From positions 64,001 to 128,000 of IMG/VR virus record IMGVR_UViG_3300025450_000015: a DNA stretch of 64,000 bases; one strand, given 5' to 3'. This DNA comes from a virus. Each line of letters opens with the position of its first letter. Position 1 is the stretch's first letter. Below the pieces are notes generated by a model, which had not been told where the DNA came from, ran no database searches, and saw only the letters and a list, made by a program, of their open reading frames with translations. Shown here piece after piece: positions 10,355 through 21,898 of the stretch. Both the position numbers and the translations under genes were made by a program.

Positions 10355-10447
10355 TACGAAAAATGACCAATTTTTCGTATGGTTAAACAGTGGTAAACCC
10401 GCTAAGAGCGTCCAGCTGAAAAAGTGGTTAACCGTGAAACACGGGGT
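10355..10447 (+). ncRNA. Candidate structured RNA leader
   Basis: After TAAATA (10342-10347) come a perfect 10-bp stem TACGAAAAAT/ATTTTTCGTA, a GGTTAA/TTAACC stem enclosing CGCT/AGCG, and CCGTG/CACGG. Confidence 0.5.
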
Positions 10448-10461
10448 ATACGGGAGCGTAA

Positions 10462-12609
10462 ATGGCTGTTGGTCGAATTTCAGGTCCGCTCTTAAAGGAT
10501 AATTTGCTTCGTAACGGGGTCAATTTAGCCTTTGAGACGAGCCTTCTCTATTTGGATGTTAATAACAGCCGCGTGGGCATCAACACCGCCACGCCCACTA
10601 ACGATTTGTCAGTTAATGGGACAACCCGTACTACCAATTTATACATTAGCGGATCAAGTACACTAGGTAATATTACTGTTTCTGGCAGTACAATTTCAAG
10701 TACTAACGGTACAATTACATTTACACCTAGTGGTGGCACTCCATCAGTTAACATGACAACTGCCAACATTGGCGATTTGTCACTTAGTGGAAATACTATC
10801 AGTAGTATTAATACTAATGAAGCAATTAATATTACAGCCAACGGAACTGGTGTTATTAATCTTAACAATAATGTATTGGTAAATGGTAATTTGCATGCAA
10901 CTGGCAATATTACAGCCGACGGAAACATTAATCTTGGTGCCGCAACAAACGATACTATTACTTTTACAGGTGAAGTTAATAGTAATATTTTACCATCAAC
11001 TACAAACACATATAATTTAGGCGCAAGTAATTTAACTTGGGCAAACGTTTATACAGCAGGATTAACAACCAGCACATTTAATGCTACAACATTAAACACA
11101 ACTACATTTAATACAAGTAATTTAATAATTTCTGGAAGTACTATTCAAGCTACTGGAACCAACACTAGCATCTACTTTAACTCAACAGGTTCAGGCGGTA
11201 TTGTATTTGGAAATTTACAATTTACTAATAATACTCTTACAAATATTAGTCCCAATGCTGTAACACAATTTACACAAACTGTTAGCAATGCCAGTTTTGT
11301 AGGAACTATCACACCTGGTACACCAATTGCTACAAGTTCTACTATAACAGGTTCTGTATTGACATTGGCAGTTGCTCCTTTCTGGCCAGCAGGCGGAAGT
11401 ATTGCAATGACAGGTAGTCCACAGTATCTAAGCATGAGTCCTGGATTAATTCTTGGTACAGGTGCATATACTGCCGAAGCATGGTTTTATATGACCAGCG
11501 GCACTAGCGGAGTAATTCTAGGCGGGTCAAATAATTATGGATATGGATTAATTATTAATTCATTAACTAGCATTACTACATCAACTTATAACACAACAAC
11601 TAATACATACACAGTTCCTACAATTAGTTTAAACACATGGAATCATGTGGCAGCCACACGTAACAGTAGTGGTATAGAGACTATATTTTTAAATGGAACA
11701 CGCTCAAGTAGTGGTACAACATCTAACAATTTAAATTATCAAGGATATATGTCTTTGGTAGGCGAACAAGGTAATACAAATTACTTTAAAGGCAATTTGA
11801 CTAATATTAGAGTTGTAATTGGTAGCAATGTTTACGATCCAACACAGACAACCATCACCGTACCAAATACAACATTAACAGCCGTAGCCAACACAAAATT
11901 GTTATTAACAGCTTTAACACCAGGCGCATTTACAACAGATACTTCTGGTCCAAGCGGATATCAAACATTGACCAATAACGGAACTGCATTTGCAATAGCA
12001 ACTCCATATGCAAGCGGAACTCCTACACTAGTTCCTGGAATGTCTTTGTCAGGAACTGGCATTACAACCGGAACATACATAGTAAGTAATATATCAGGAA
12101 CTGGTTCAAGCTCTAGTAGTACATGGTACATCAGTTCAAATTATTCAAGTACTATTGCAATCGAAACCATTCTTGCAACACCAATCGTATTGAACGTAAC
12201 TAGTGTAAATAGTGGAACAATTATTCCAGGCATGGGTATAAGCGGAGGTAGTGGTGCTAACACAATTCTTGCAAATTCAGGTATTGTTGCCAATTTGTCA
12301 GGAACAGGCGGCACAGGAACTTATTATGTTGCACCAAGTCAAACTATAACTTCCGTAACTATTGCAGGAACAAGTCAAGGATATTTTCAATTTACCGGAA
12401 CAAACGGTGTTGTAATTCCAGTAGGAACCAGTGGCAACTATCCTATAACACTTTACGAAACAACAGGCATGCTTCGATTTAATACTCAACAACAATATGT
12501 TGAAGTATATAACGGATCAGGTTGGGGAAGTGTTGCAGGTAGTAGTTCAGGCGTAACAACAGCAACAGCAAATTCAATTGGCGCAGGTCTAGCGATCGCA
12601 CTAGGATAA
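10462..12609 (+). CDS. Tail fibre-like protein with a LamG/concanavalin A-like domain
   Basis: MAVGRISGPLLKDNL N-terminus; LamG-like segment YTAEAWFY...WNHVAATR...IFLNG...FKGNLTNIRV; C-terminal GMLRFNT..VEVYNGSGW. Confidence 0.75.
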   Translation: MAVGRISGPLLKDNLLRNGVNLAFETSLLYLDVNNSRVGINTATPTNDLSVNGTTRTTNLYISGSSTLGNITVSGSTISSTNGTITFTPSGGTPSVNMTTANIGDLSLSGNTISSINTNEAINITANGTGVINLNNNVLVNGNLHATGNITADGNINLGAATNDTITFTGEVNSNILPSTTNTYNLGASNLTWANVYTAGLTTSTFNATTLNTTTFNTSNLIISGSTIQATGTNTSIYFNSTGSGGIVFGNLQFTNNTLTNISPNAVTQFTQTVSNASFVGTITPGTPIATSSTITGSVLTLAVAPFWPAGGSIAMTGSPQYLSMSPGLILGTGAYTAEAWFYMTSGTSGVILGGSNNYGYGLIINSLTSITTSTYNTTTNTYTVPTISLNTWNHVAATRNSSGIETIFLNGTRSSSGTTSNNLNYQGYMSLVGEQGNTNYFKGNLTNIRVVIGSNVYDPTQTTITVPNTTLTAVANTKLLLTALTPGAFTTDTSGPSGYQTLTNNGTAFAIATPYASGTPTLVPGMSLSGTGITTGTYIVSNISGTGSSSSSTWYISSNYSSTIAIETILATPIVLNVTSVNSGTIIPGMGISGGSGANTILANSGIVANLSGTGGTGTYYVAPSQTITSVTIAGTSQGYFQFTGTNGVVIPVGTSGNYPITLYETTGMLRFNTQQQYVEVYNGSGWGSVAGSSSGVTTATANSIGAGLAIALG

Positions 12610-12612
12610 TAT

Positions 12613-12945
12613 ATGGGAACAGTATTTAAAAACGTATTAAACACAGGGCTAGGAACAACTCCTACAACAGTAGTAACAACTAACGGTAGTGCTACTACTA
12701 CTGTAATTGGCATGAGTTTAACTAACACAACATCTAGTATTATACAAGCTAGCGTACAGTTACAAGATACTGTGGCAGGTACTACAGCATATTTTATAAA
12801 CAATCTCACCATACCTCCCAATAGTAGTGCTAGGGTAATTACTGGCGGTGAAAAATTAAATCTAGGACCATTAACTTATGTTATAGTTACTTCAAATCTT
12901 GCTAGTAGTATAGATTTAGTAATGAGTTGGGTTGAGATCAGTTAA
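12613..12945 (+). CDS. Small virion protein (paralogue of 7698 and 36618)
   Basis: 110 aa: VIGMSLTN...IPPNSS...GGEKLNL...SIDLVMSWVEI. Confidence 0.65.
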   Translation: MGTVFKNVLNTGLGTTPTTVVTTNGSATTTVIGMSLTNTTSSIIQASVQLQDTVAGTTAYFINNLTIPPNSSARVITGGEKLNLGPLTYVIVTSNLASSIDLVMSWVEIS

Positions 12946-12956
12946 GGATAACTATT

Positions 12957-13337
12957 ATGGCATATACTATTGGTACAGAACTTAATTTAAATGACAGTTT
13001 AGGCGAAGGAAATCCTAGATATTTCTACGGACTACAACGTTTAGATGATGGTACTCTTTATTTTTATAAAATCGATCAGCTAACATCTGTCACAACTCTA
13101 ACTGTAAATGTTCCAGGTCCTAATACTGGAAATTTTGAACAGTTTGAGTACGGTGTCGATTTCTTCGACGGACGTTTGGCAACAGATCACAGTCGTCCTT
13201 ATCCTAATTTACAGTTTGATCAATATCGCTGGGATAATAAAAATTGTTATTATTTTTTAGATAACCAAGGCGAATTATGTGTTCAGATCAATCAGGTATA
13301 TAACTATACTGGCGCACAAACAATATCATTAGGTTAA
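12957..13337 (+). CDS. Hypothetical virion protein
   Basis: Clean ORF with SD inside the tail operon (RYFYGLQR...YDQ-type QYRWD motif); function not recognised. Confidence 0.6.
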   Translation: MAYTIGTELNLNDSLGEGNPRYFYGLQRLDDGTLYFYKIDQLTSVTTLTVNVPGPNTGNFEQFEYGVDFFDGRLATDHSRPYPNLQFDQYRWDNKNCYYFLDNQGELCVQINQVYNYTGAQTISLG

Positions 13338-13352
13338 TAGGAACATTATATA

Positions 13353-16300
13353 ATGGCACAAGAATTTAAAATTGGTAGATTACGTTTTATATGGTCAGGA
13401 GCATGGACTACTGGCACACAATATGCAAAAGATAGTGTTGTCGGTTATCAAGGAAAAACATATTCATGCGTAACACCTAATACAGCAAGTTCAAATTTTT
13501 ACACAGATCTTAATAATGGACTTTGGAGTCTAATTTTAGATGGTAAACAATTTGATGGTCCTTGGCAGACAAATACATTTTATAGTTTAGGTAATATTGT
13601 TATATTTGGTGGATTTGTTTACTATTGTACAACTCCTCATACTTCAACAGCATTTAAGAGTCAACAGTCTAACTGGACACAATATACTCAATACCCGCAA
13701 TGGTTATCAACATGGCAACCTAATACTGTTTATGGTGTCGGTGCTGTGGTACAATATGGTGGTATTGTTTATTCTTGTATAACTGGTCATACATCCACAG
13801 GTGCTTTGCAAGCCGTAGGCGCAGTTAGTACTGGAAGCCAAGTAACAATTACATTTACTCCTCAACCCGTTGTAATTTATGCAGTTGGTACAACTATAAC
13901 TTTATCAGGATTTAATCCTACAATTATTAATGGTACTTATACAGTTGTTTCTAGTACACAAAGTAGTGTAACATTTGCATCACAAATTACAATCAATGGT
14001 ACTATTGCAACTCCAGGTATCTCTACAGGTGTGTCGCAATTAGGACTAGAAGCCAATCAATCATCTTGGACAGTTCTAGATAGTAATTATAATTATGTTG
14101 GAGCATGGGCTGCCAATACAAGATATAAATTAAATGACATAGTGCAAGTGGGCGGAAGTTTATATGCCTGTACACAATACAATGTGTCTGGTATTGCATT
14201 TGCAACATCTACATATTGGATTGCTTATATTCCTGATCAACGATTTATTTCAGGATTTAACGTCGGTGTAACATACCAAATAGGAGACATTGTTACCTAT
14301 GGTGGCAATACATATATTAATAATACTGCTAGTAATAATAGCGGGTCCGCACCGTCAACTGACACAATAGACTGGACATTGCTAACACCAAATGGTAGTA
14401 GTCCGGTTGATTGGATTACAGGACAACTTTATCAAATTGGAACAGTGGTACGCAGACACGGTCTAGTATTCCAAGCTGTACAAGACAATACAAGTCAAGA
14501 TCCAGCATCCTATTCTACTTCGGGTATCACTTATAACAGCACAGGCAGTAGCGGAACAACTGTAAATCTTAGTTCAACATCTGGTGTTCAAGTAGGTATG
14601 ATAGCTCTAGGAGCTGGATTAACTTTAGGACAATCTGTTAATAGTATTATTTCTTCCCCAGTGGGAGTAACTTTAAATTATGCTCCTGATGGCACATTAA
14701 TTAATGGACAAAATATTAATTTTGTTGGAATCAATTATCTTTATTGGAAATTAGTAATACCAGGCGGCATTTGGTACGGACGTTGGGCATCTGGAGCATC
14801 TTACATTGTAGGAGATCAGGTAATATGGGGCAACACAACATACCAATGTGATCAAAATCATACAGCATCTAATGCCAATCGTCCAGACTTGGATTCATTT
14901 AATACCTATTGGAAAATTTTAGCAGTTGGTGCAAGAAAAGAAGCATTAACATCGCAAGGCGATATTGAAACATTTAGCAACGGTGCATATTCTAACATTG
15001 CCATCGGTACAAGTGGCTATACTTTACGTGCTACTAATAATAATCCGACTTGGAGTCAAATTAACGTTGTTCCAAACGTGTTTTATGTGTCAGCATTAAC
15101 TGGTATAGATGCGCCTGGCTATGGAAAAAACTGGGATCGCCCATGGAAAACTATTGCCTATGCGGCTGCCACAGTTGGTGCCGGCACACAAAACACCAAC
15201 ACAGTTGCTTTGATTACACAAAATAAATCTTGGATTCAAGCAGAGATGGTACAATGGGCACAGTATCAGATTAATAATAATATTAGTCCTTATAGTACAG
15301 CATACGCATTTAATTCAACTAAAGCGGCAAGAGATATTGGATTAATTATCGATGCCATCGCATACGATTTAGCTCGAGGTGGAAACAGTCAAAGTGTTGC
15401 AACGGCATTGGCTTATTTTGCATATGGATTGACAAGTACATTCTATAATACAGCAGTTGCGGCTGATATGCCATATTATCTTCCAATGTTAAACTACGCA
15501 TTGACATTATTAACCGATGCAATAACACAAACAACTCCAGCATACAACTATCAAGTATTAAACAGCGTATCTCCAGTCATTTATCAAAATACTTCTGGAT
15601 CAGCGGCAGAAGCTTCTGGCGCAAGTTCAGCAACAACATTGTTTAATTACATTTACAATGCGTTGGCTACACAAAGTACATCGTTGTTACCTGCACAAAA
15701 TAGTGGAGTGTCTTGTGTTATTAATGTTAAAACTGGAACATATCTTGAATCGTTACCAATTGTTGTTCCGGCAAACGTTTCTATTATTGGAGATGAATTA
15801 AGAGGAGTAGTAGTTCTTCCAAAAACAAGTATCCAAACAACTTGCACAGCAACTACTACAGGAACAAATTTAATTACAGTTACTAGCACATCTGGATTAG
15901 TAGATCAAATGCCAATTCAATTTGCAGATACTACTATTCTTACCACATCCATTTATACTGGGTTTGGTGGAATTACTCCAGGCCAGACATATTATGTAAT
16001 TGGGTCGACAATTACATCAAACCAATTTAGTGTAGCATTGAGTCCCACCACACAATTTATTGCAACAACAACTGCTAGTAGTCAGGTATTAACAGATGTT
16101 TCAAATATTATCGGCCTTGTGGTTGGTGCTACAATTACAGGTCCTGGTATACAAACAGGTACAACAATTACAGGTATAACTATTGCTCCTAGCAATTCTA
16201 GTTTGAATTCTATTTCAATTAGTTTACCAACGACTGTAACTGCAAGCAATGTATATTTGACATCTACTGGTGCAACATTATCTTTAACATCTGCAACAGG

Positions 16301-19300
16301 TACTATGACAGTATATGCAGGAGATTGTTTAAAAGACATGTTCCGTTGCCGCAATGGTACTAGCGTTCGTAATATGACATTGTCAGGTCTACAAGGAACA
16401 TTGTTGGCACCAGATGCAAATAATATTCAGCATCCAAGTGGTGGTGCTTATACAGCATTAGATCCAGGACAAGGTCCTAACGATTCGACAGCTTGGATTA
16501 TTCGTCGTAGTCCATTTATGGAAAATATTACAACATTTGGTAACGGATGTACAGGTAATAAAATCGATGGAACTTTGCATAACGGCGGTTACAAATCATT
16601 TACAAGTAACGACTTTACACAAGTTATTCAAGATGGCGTAGGCATTTGGTGTACAGGCCCCGGAGCATTGACCGAGTGTATTAGTGTGTTCTGTTATTTT
16701 GGATATACTGGTTATTTTGCTGAAGCAGGCGGTCGTATCCGTGCGGCCAACGGTAATAGTTCATACGGTAACTATGGTGTTATTAGTAGCGGATTTGATA
16801 CCACTGAAGTTCCTATCACCGGCACAGTTTATAATCAATCGAGCCAAGTACAGGCAAGTGTGCAAAGTAGTTTAGGTGCGGCAGCCCAATTGATTAAATT
16901 AAATTATGCAAATGCAGGTAGTGCATATAATACAACATCGACAAATATGTTGTACTATAGTAATAACTATCTTGGACCAAATTGGGTATCTGACGGAAAT
17001 ATTATTTTTGACAAAACTTTTGCCGCTCCGACCGGCAACATTGAAGCATACACAATGATTGGTACTGGTGGTACTGGTACTGGCTACATCTATCAAAATA
17101 TAACATTAAATCCAGCTGGAGCAAGTTATACTAATCTTCCATCTACAACAAATACGGGTACTGGTGGCGGAGCAACATTTAACGTAGTAGTTACTAGCAC
17201 AGGATATACTGTTTCTGTAAACTACGGAGGAACCGGATACGCCGCAGGCAATACACTTACAATTTCAGGTGCATTGTTAGGAGGACTATCTGGTCTTAAT
17301 AATTGTAATATCACAGTTAATACTGTAACAGGTAATGTTATTTCTTCGGTAGTTGCAACTGGAATTGTTCCAACAGGCAGTACACAAAGTTATACTGCTA
17401 GTGTTTATGTATATCAAGGAACTGCAACACAGCTTGATATCCAAGCAATCTATTCTGGATCTAGTACACGTACTAGTGCAATTAATTATAATTTTACTAC
17501 TAACACAATTACTCCAACTAATTCTAACGGTGGATATTTACCAACACAATTTGGTTCACAAGTTACGCTAGTTGCTGGTTGGTATAGAATATGGTTTGCG
17601 TTCAACGACACAGCCGGCCTAAACAACACATTACAACTAAGAATATATCCAAAAGGTATCAATGGCGCTGTAGGACTTTATAATTATTTGTATGGTGCTC
17701 AAGTTGAAATTTCTAAACCTACACTTGCTCCAAGTTTTTATATTGAAAATACTGGTGTAAGCCGATATAGTGCGTATGCTTATTATAATGTAACTGGATC
17801 AGGAACAGGTGCATTATTAATTGGAGATGAACTAAGATCTAATAGTGTATTCCAAACATTAGTTACATCAGGTGGCTCGGGATATTTGACAGCAGGTAAT
17901 AATGCACAAGGCGGAACAAATCAATACATTGTATTGGCTCAGTCTGATGTTAATCAACCAAGTAATTATATCGGTATGCGTGTGTTTATTCAAAGTGGTA
18001 CAGGTGCAGGCCAATACGGATATATGGCTACTTACAATACTACAAGCAAATTGGCATACGTATTAAAAGAATCATTTACTCCGTTACAGATTGCAAGTAG
18101 TAGTGCAGTAACCAGTGCTTTTACTTTATCAGCAAATTCAACAACTAGTTTGTTATATCTAAACATGCCAGTTCAATTTGTTCCAACATACTATACAACT
18201 ACTGTAACATCTACTTCTTTATCACAGACTACAGTAACTCAAGCTATTGGCGGAACAACTAATACACTTACATTAGCAAGTACAAATGGCTTGACTGTTA
18301 ACATGCCTATCATATTTTCAGCAGGATCTGGCGCAATTTTCAGTACCATTACAGCAGGATATCAATATTATGTCTATGCTATTTTAAGTTCTACAACGAT
18401 TCAAATTTCAACACAGGCATTTGGAACTGTTTGGCCGTTGACAAGCGGATCAGGAACTATGGTTATGAGTTTTACTTCGGGTAATAGTTATATCCAAGCC
18501 AGTACTACAAATATGGTTGTTAATTATCCTATAGCGTTTACAGGAACAGCTATCGGTGGACTAAGTATTGCTACTACATACTATATTAATGATATTATTG
18601 ACAGCAATGATTTTACAATTTCTGCGGCAACATTTAATATTACAGTCACAGGTACAGTAAACAATACACTACAATGTGCATCAACAACTGGATTGCAAGT
18701 TTTAAATCCAATTATATTCACTGCGCCTGCTATTGCTGGAAGTGGTATTGCTGATACAACAAAATATTATATTAGTTCTATAGTAGACCAAACAGATTTT
18801 ACTATATCTACATCAATTATAAACCAAACAGTATCTTCGACCAACGGAACAACTAATACTGTTGTGACATCTAGTACATCAGGATTTATAGTAGGACAAC
18901 CTATTATATTCACAGGTACTACATTTGGAAATATTTTAGCAGAAACAGTTTATTATATTTTATCATTGGCAGGCGATGGTATTTCATTTACTATAAGTCA
19001 AACACTTGGAGGCGGTGTATTTGGTGTAACCACCGGAACAGGCAGTATGAGTTTACGTACTTGCCCAACACCTTTAACATTTACAGCCGTTACTGGTAGT
19101 AGCATGGTAGGTGTAACAACTAGCAAGAAATTATCAGTTAATTTGGGAATTGGCTCAATGACTGGTACATTCTCTACTACATTGTTTGGCGGAATTAGTT
19201 CAGGAACAACTTACTATATTGCAAGTATACCAACACCTGGTAATGGCGGGACATTTACAGTCAGTACTGCAATAAACAGTGTCGGTGTAGTAGTTCCAAC

Positions 19301-21890
19301 TACAAAGAGTGGTACTATGAACTTAGCCGCAGTAGGCTGGGATCATGTAACATCTGGTTTTCCAATTGTTCCAAGTCTTGACTCTACATCAGTTTATTTT
19401 ATCGAATCGAGACCTGCATTTAGTAGTCCAGGGTTTACACAAGCAGTTGCAGGTTCAACTATCACATTAGCATCTGGTATATACTGGAATGCAATAGCTT
19501 ATGGAAATAATACGTTTGTAGCAATACCAAGTGCTAACGCTGTTGGAGCAACTTCGACAGACGGTAGCAACTGGTCGAATATGGTACTACCAAGTAGTGC
19601 CAGCTGGTCAAGTATTGCGTTTGGTAACAACTACTTTGTAGCAGTAAATTCTTCAAATGCCAACGTAATTTATTCAAACAATAATGGTTCTGGTTGGAGA
19701 ACCAGCACTATGCCAAGCAATTCTCAGTGGACACAGATTGCATATGGAAACGGAAACTTTGTAGCTATTGGCGCTAGCGGCACCACTAGTGCGTATTCAA
19801 CAAACTTTGGATTAAATTGGACTAACGGCCAGACTATTTCAACAGTAGCCGCAACTGGATTTACTGTTAGTGCAGGTACAGCTACCGTAGCTTTTGCTAC
19901 ACAACCTATTACACCTTTTGCAATTGGTTCAACTATTACACTATCTGGATTTACTCCTACTACAACAAGCGGTACAGTAAATGCTGTTAACACAACATTT
20001 GTAGTAACTGGTTGTACAACTAGCCAAGTACAATTTGCATTAACTGGAACATATAGTTCTGGAATTTTTGGAACTATATCCGGAGGAAATTCTGCTTACG
20101 GATTACCAATCAGCCAAACTTGGAACAGTTTAGCATACGGTAGTAATATTTTTGTTGCAATAGGTCCTGGATCTCTTACAGGCGCAAGAAGTGTTAACGG
20201 CGGCCAAACTTGGATATCAACTACATTGCCAACCGCCAGTGCATGGACTAGTATAGCATTTGGAAACGGCCGTTTCGTAGCAGTTGCCAATGACGGTTCA
20301 CTAGCTATATACAGTTTTGATGGTATAACATGGTATCAGTCTAATCAAACAGTAGTTGCAAGTAGTGTAAAATACGGACAAGGTGTTTTTGTAGCAGTAT
20401 ACAACGGATCCACAACTGCATACACCAGTGAAAATGGTTTAGATTGGACTCCAAGAACTGTCACAAATGATCTGTACACTTCCTTGGCATTTGGTTTTAC
20501 ATCGACCAACGTTGGAGTGTTTACAACATTAAGTCAACAAAGCACAGGTAGTTTAATATCAGCTGGTTGCAGAGCTAAAGGTAGACCAAGTATAAGTTCT
20601 AATACTTTAAATGGTGTAAGCGAATTTGAACCTGGTTCAGGTTATGTCACACAAACTATTTCATCTTTTGCTACTGCCGTAGTAGGAGCAGGCACTGCTG
20701 TATTAACTTTCTCAGCAACACAAACAACAAATCCATTCCCTGCAGGTTCAACTATTGTAGTTACTGGATTTACTCCTACGGCTATTAACGGAACTTATAT
20801 TGTAACTAATTCTTCTACATCATACGTGGCTTATTCGTTGTCAGGATCTTTTAGTTCTAGCATAAACGGATCAGTTTCTTCAAGCGTAACAATTACATTT
20901 ACAGATCCAAACGTAACTAGTTTGGCTACAGTAACTCCTCGTGTAAGTAACGGTACATTAGGAGGTCCAACATTTGTTAATAAGGGGGCTGGATATAGTA
21001 ATACAACAACACAGGTGGCAATTACAGGTAACGGATATGCAGATACATTCCAAACTGGATTAACTATTGTTATTAATAATTTAAGTTTGTTACCAAGTCA
21101 GGGATCAAACATTCAGTTTGCCGGTAATAATTCACAGGCTTATAAGATTACCAGTGCAGTCGCAGTATATGGAACAGTTGCTCCAAATATTCAAGCAAAC
21201 ATTTCAATAAGTCCAGCAATGACATTAGCATTAAGTCCTGTCAACGGAGCTGTAGCGACTATTCGTCAAAAATACAGTCAATGTCGTATTACAAATCACG
21301 ACTTCCTATATATTGGTTCTGGGGATATAGTAAACTCATTATATCCATTAACAAATGACAGTGAATTAATTGTTAACAATCAAACAGTTGAAGTTAATTT
21401 TGGGCGTGTATTCTTTTCATCAACAGATCAGGACGGTAACTTCAAAGTTGGTAACTTGTTTGGTGTTCAACAAGCAACGGGTATCGTTACATTAAGTGCT
21501 AGCCAGTTTGGATTAACAGGATTGAGTACATTGAGCTTGGGTGGTATTAGCGTAGGCGGATCAGCCACTATTGTACAACAGTTTAGCACAGATGGCGCAT
21601 TTACCGCTAATAGCGACAGTATTATCCCAACACAAAGAGCTATTAGAACTTACTTGGCTAGTCGTTTAAGTCAAGGTGGATCAAATACCTATACCGGACA
21701 AATGACAGCCGGTACAGTTGTAGTTGGTGGCGCACAGTATATTCGTTCAAGTATTCCTAACGGACAAGTAGGATCATCCGTTAAAATGTTGAATAAAGTG
21801 TATGTAGATGCCTACGGAGTAGACGGAAATATGATAGCTTTAGACTTCTTTATGAACAATAGTATACATAGAAGCTCAAGTCAGCAATAA
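13353..21890 (+). CDS. Giant tail fibre/baseplate protein (2845 aa)
   Basis: N-terminal W..Y..GD.V.Y.G..Y.C repeats (CBM5/12-like); YVS..G.D...PWKTI and SIIGDELRG beta-helix-associated motifs; W.SIAYGN..FVA propeller-like repeats; C-terminal HDFLYIG...STDQDGNFKVG. Confidence 0.8.
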   Translation: MAQEFKIGRLRFIWSGAWTTGTQYAKDSVVGYQGKTYSCVTPNTASSNFYTDLNNGLWSLILDGKQFDGPWQTNTFYSLGNIVIFGGFVYYCTTPHTSTAFKSQQSNWTQYTQYPQWLSTWQPNTVYGVGAVVQYGGIVYSCITGHTSTGALQAVGAVSTGSQVTITFTPQPVVIYAVGTTITLSGFNPTIINGTYTVVSSTQSSVTFASQITINGTIATPGISTGVSQLGLEANQSSWTVLDSNYNYVGAWAANTRYKLNDIVQVGGSLYACTQYNVSGIAFATSTYWIAYIPDQRFISGFNVGVTYQIGDIVTYGGNTYINNTASNNSGSAPSTDTIDWTLLTPNGSSPVDWITGQLYQIGTVVRRHGLVFQAVQDNTSQDPASYSTSGITYNSTGSSGTTVNLSSTSGVQVGMIALGAGLTLGQSVNSIISSPVGVTLNYAPDGTLINGQNINFVGINYLYWKLVIPGGIWYGRWASGASYIVGDQVIWGNTTYQCDQNHTASNANRPDLDSFNTYWKILAVGARKEALTSQGDIETFSNGAYSNIAIGTSGYTLRATNNNPTWSQINVVPNVFYVSALTGIDAPGYGKNWDRPWKTIAYAAATVGAGTQNTNTVALITQNKSWIQAEMVQWAQYQINNNISPYSTAYAFNSTKAARDIGLIIDAIAYDLARGGNSQSVATALAYFAYGLTSTFYNTAVAADMPYYLPMLNYALTLLTDAITQTTPAYNYQVLNSVSPVIYQNTSGSAAEASGASSATTLFNYIYNALATQSTSLLPAQNSGVSCVINVKTGTYLESLPIVVPANVSIIGDELRGVVVLPKTSIQTTCTATTTGTNLITVTSTSGLVDQMPIQFADTTILTTSIYTGFGGITPGQTYYVIGSTITSNQFSVALSPTTQFIATTTASSQVLTDVSNIIGLVVGATITGPGIQTGTTITGITIAPSNSSLNSISISLPTTVTASNVYLTSTGATLSLTSATGTMTVYAGDCLKDMFRCRNGTSVRNMTLSGLQGTLLAPDANNIQHPSGGAYTALDPGQGPNDSTAWIIRRSPFMENITTFGNGCTGNKIDGTLHNGGYKSFTSNDFTQVIQDGVGIWCTGPGALTECISVFCYFGYTGYFAEAGGRIRAANGNSSYGNYGVISSGFDTTEVPITGTVYNQSSQVQASVQSSLGAAAQLIKLNYANAGSAYNTTSTNMLYYSNNYLGPNWVSDGNIIFDKTFAAPTGNIEAYTMIGTGGTGTGYIYQNITLNPAGASYTNLPSTTNTGTGGGATFNVVVTSTGYTVSVNYGGTGYAAGNTLTISGALLGGLSGLNNCNITVNTVTGNVISSVVATGIVPTGSTQSYTASVYVYQGTATQLDIQAIYSGSSTRTSAINYNFTTNTITPTNSNGGYLPTQFGSQVTLVAGWYRIWFAFNDTAGLNNTLQLRIYPKGINGAVGLYNYLYGAQVEISKPTLAPSFYIENTGVSRYSAYAYYNVTGSGTGALLIGDELRSNSVFQTLVTSGGSGYLTAGNNAQGGTNQYIVLAQSDVNQPSNYIGMRVFIQSGTGAGQYGYMATYNTTSKLAYVLKESFTPLQIASSSAVTSAFTLSANSTTSLLYLNMPVQFVPTYYTTTVTSTSLSQTTVTQAIGGTTNTLTLASTNGLTVNMPIIFSAGSGAIFSTITAGYQYYVYAILSSTTIQISTQAFGTVWPLTSGSGTMVMSFTSGNSYIQASTTNMVVNYPIAFTGTAIGGLSIATTYYINDIIDSNDFTISAATFNITVTGTVNNTLQCASTTGLQVLNPIIFTAPAIAGSGIADTTKYYISSIVDQTDFTISTSIINQTVSSTNGTTNTVVTSSTSGFIVGQPIIFTGTTFGNILAETVYYILSLAGDGISFTISQTLGGGVFGVTTGTGSMSLRTCPTPLTFTAVTGSSMVGVTTSKKLSVNLGIGSMTGTFSTTLFGGISSGTTYYIASIPTPGNGGTFTVSTAINSVGVVVPTTKSGTMNLAAVGWDHVTSGFPIVPSLDSTSVYFIESRPAFSSPGFTQAVAGSTITLASGIYWNAIAYGNNTFVAIPSANAVGATSTDGSNWSNMVLPSSASWSSIAFGNNYFVAVNSSNANVIYSNNNGSGWRTSTMPSNSQWTQIAYGNGNFVAIGASGTTSAYSTNFGLNWTNGQTISTVAATGFTVSAGTATVAFATQPITPFAIGSTITLSGFTPTTTSGTVNAVNTTFVVTGCTTSQVQFALTGTYSSGIFGTISGGNSAYGLPISQTWNSLAYGSNIFVAIGPGSLTGARSVNGGQTWISTTLPTASAWTSIAFGNGRFVAVANDGSLAIYSFDGITWYQSNQTVVASSVKYGQGVFVAVYNGSTTAYTSENGLDWTPRTVTNDLYTSLAFGFTSTNVGVFTTLSQQSTGSLISAGCRAKGRPSISSNTLNGVSEFEPGSGYVTQTISSFATAVVGAGTAVLTFSATQTTNPFPAGSTIVVTGFTPTAINGTYIVTNSSTSYVAYSLSGSFSSSINGSVSSSVTITFTDPNVTSLATVTPRVSNGTLGGPTFVNKGAGYSNTTTQVAITGNGYADTFQTGLTIVINNLSLLPSQGSNIQFAGNNSQAYKITSAVAVYGTVAPNIQANISISPAMTLALSPVNGAVATIRQKYSQCRITNHDFLYIGSGDIVNSLYPLTNDSELIVNNQTVEVNFGRVFFSSTDQDGNFKVGNLFGVQQATGIVTLSASQFGLTGLSTLSLGGISVGGSATIVQQFSTDGAFTANSDSIIPTQRAIRTYLASRLSQGGSNTYTGQMTAGTVVVGGAQYIRSSIPNGQVGSSVKMLNKVYVDAYGVDGNMIALDFFMNNSIHRSSSQQ

Positions 21891-21892
21891 GA

Positions 21893-21898
21893 TAAATA
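21893..21898 (+). promoter_or_regulatory. Putative late promoter core (TAAATA)
   Basis: Intergenic GATAAATA between the two giant genes, followed by SD GAGGA. Confidence 0.55.

Noticed and set aside
10381-10445. Resemblance of ACAGTGGTAAACCC to the start of a c-di-GMP-I riboswitch
   Set aside because: The downstream GGGACGCAAAGC-type core is absent, so it is kept only as an unclassified structured leader.
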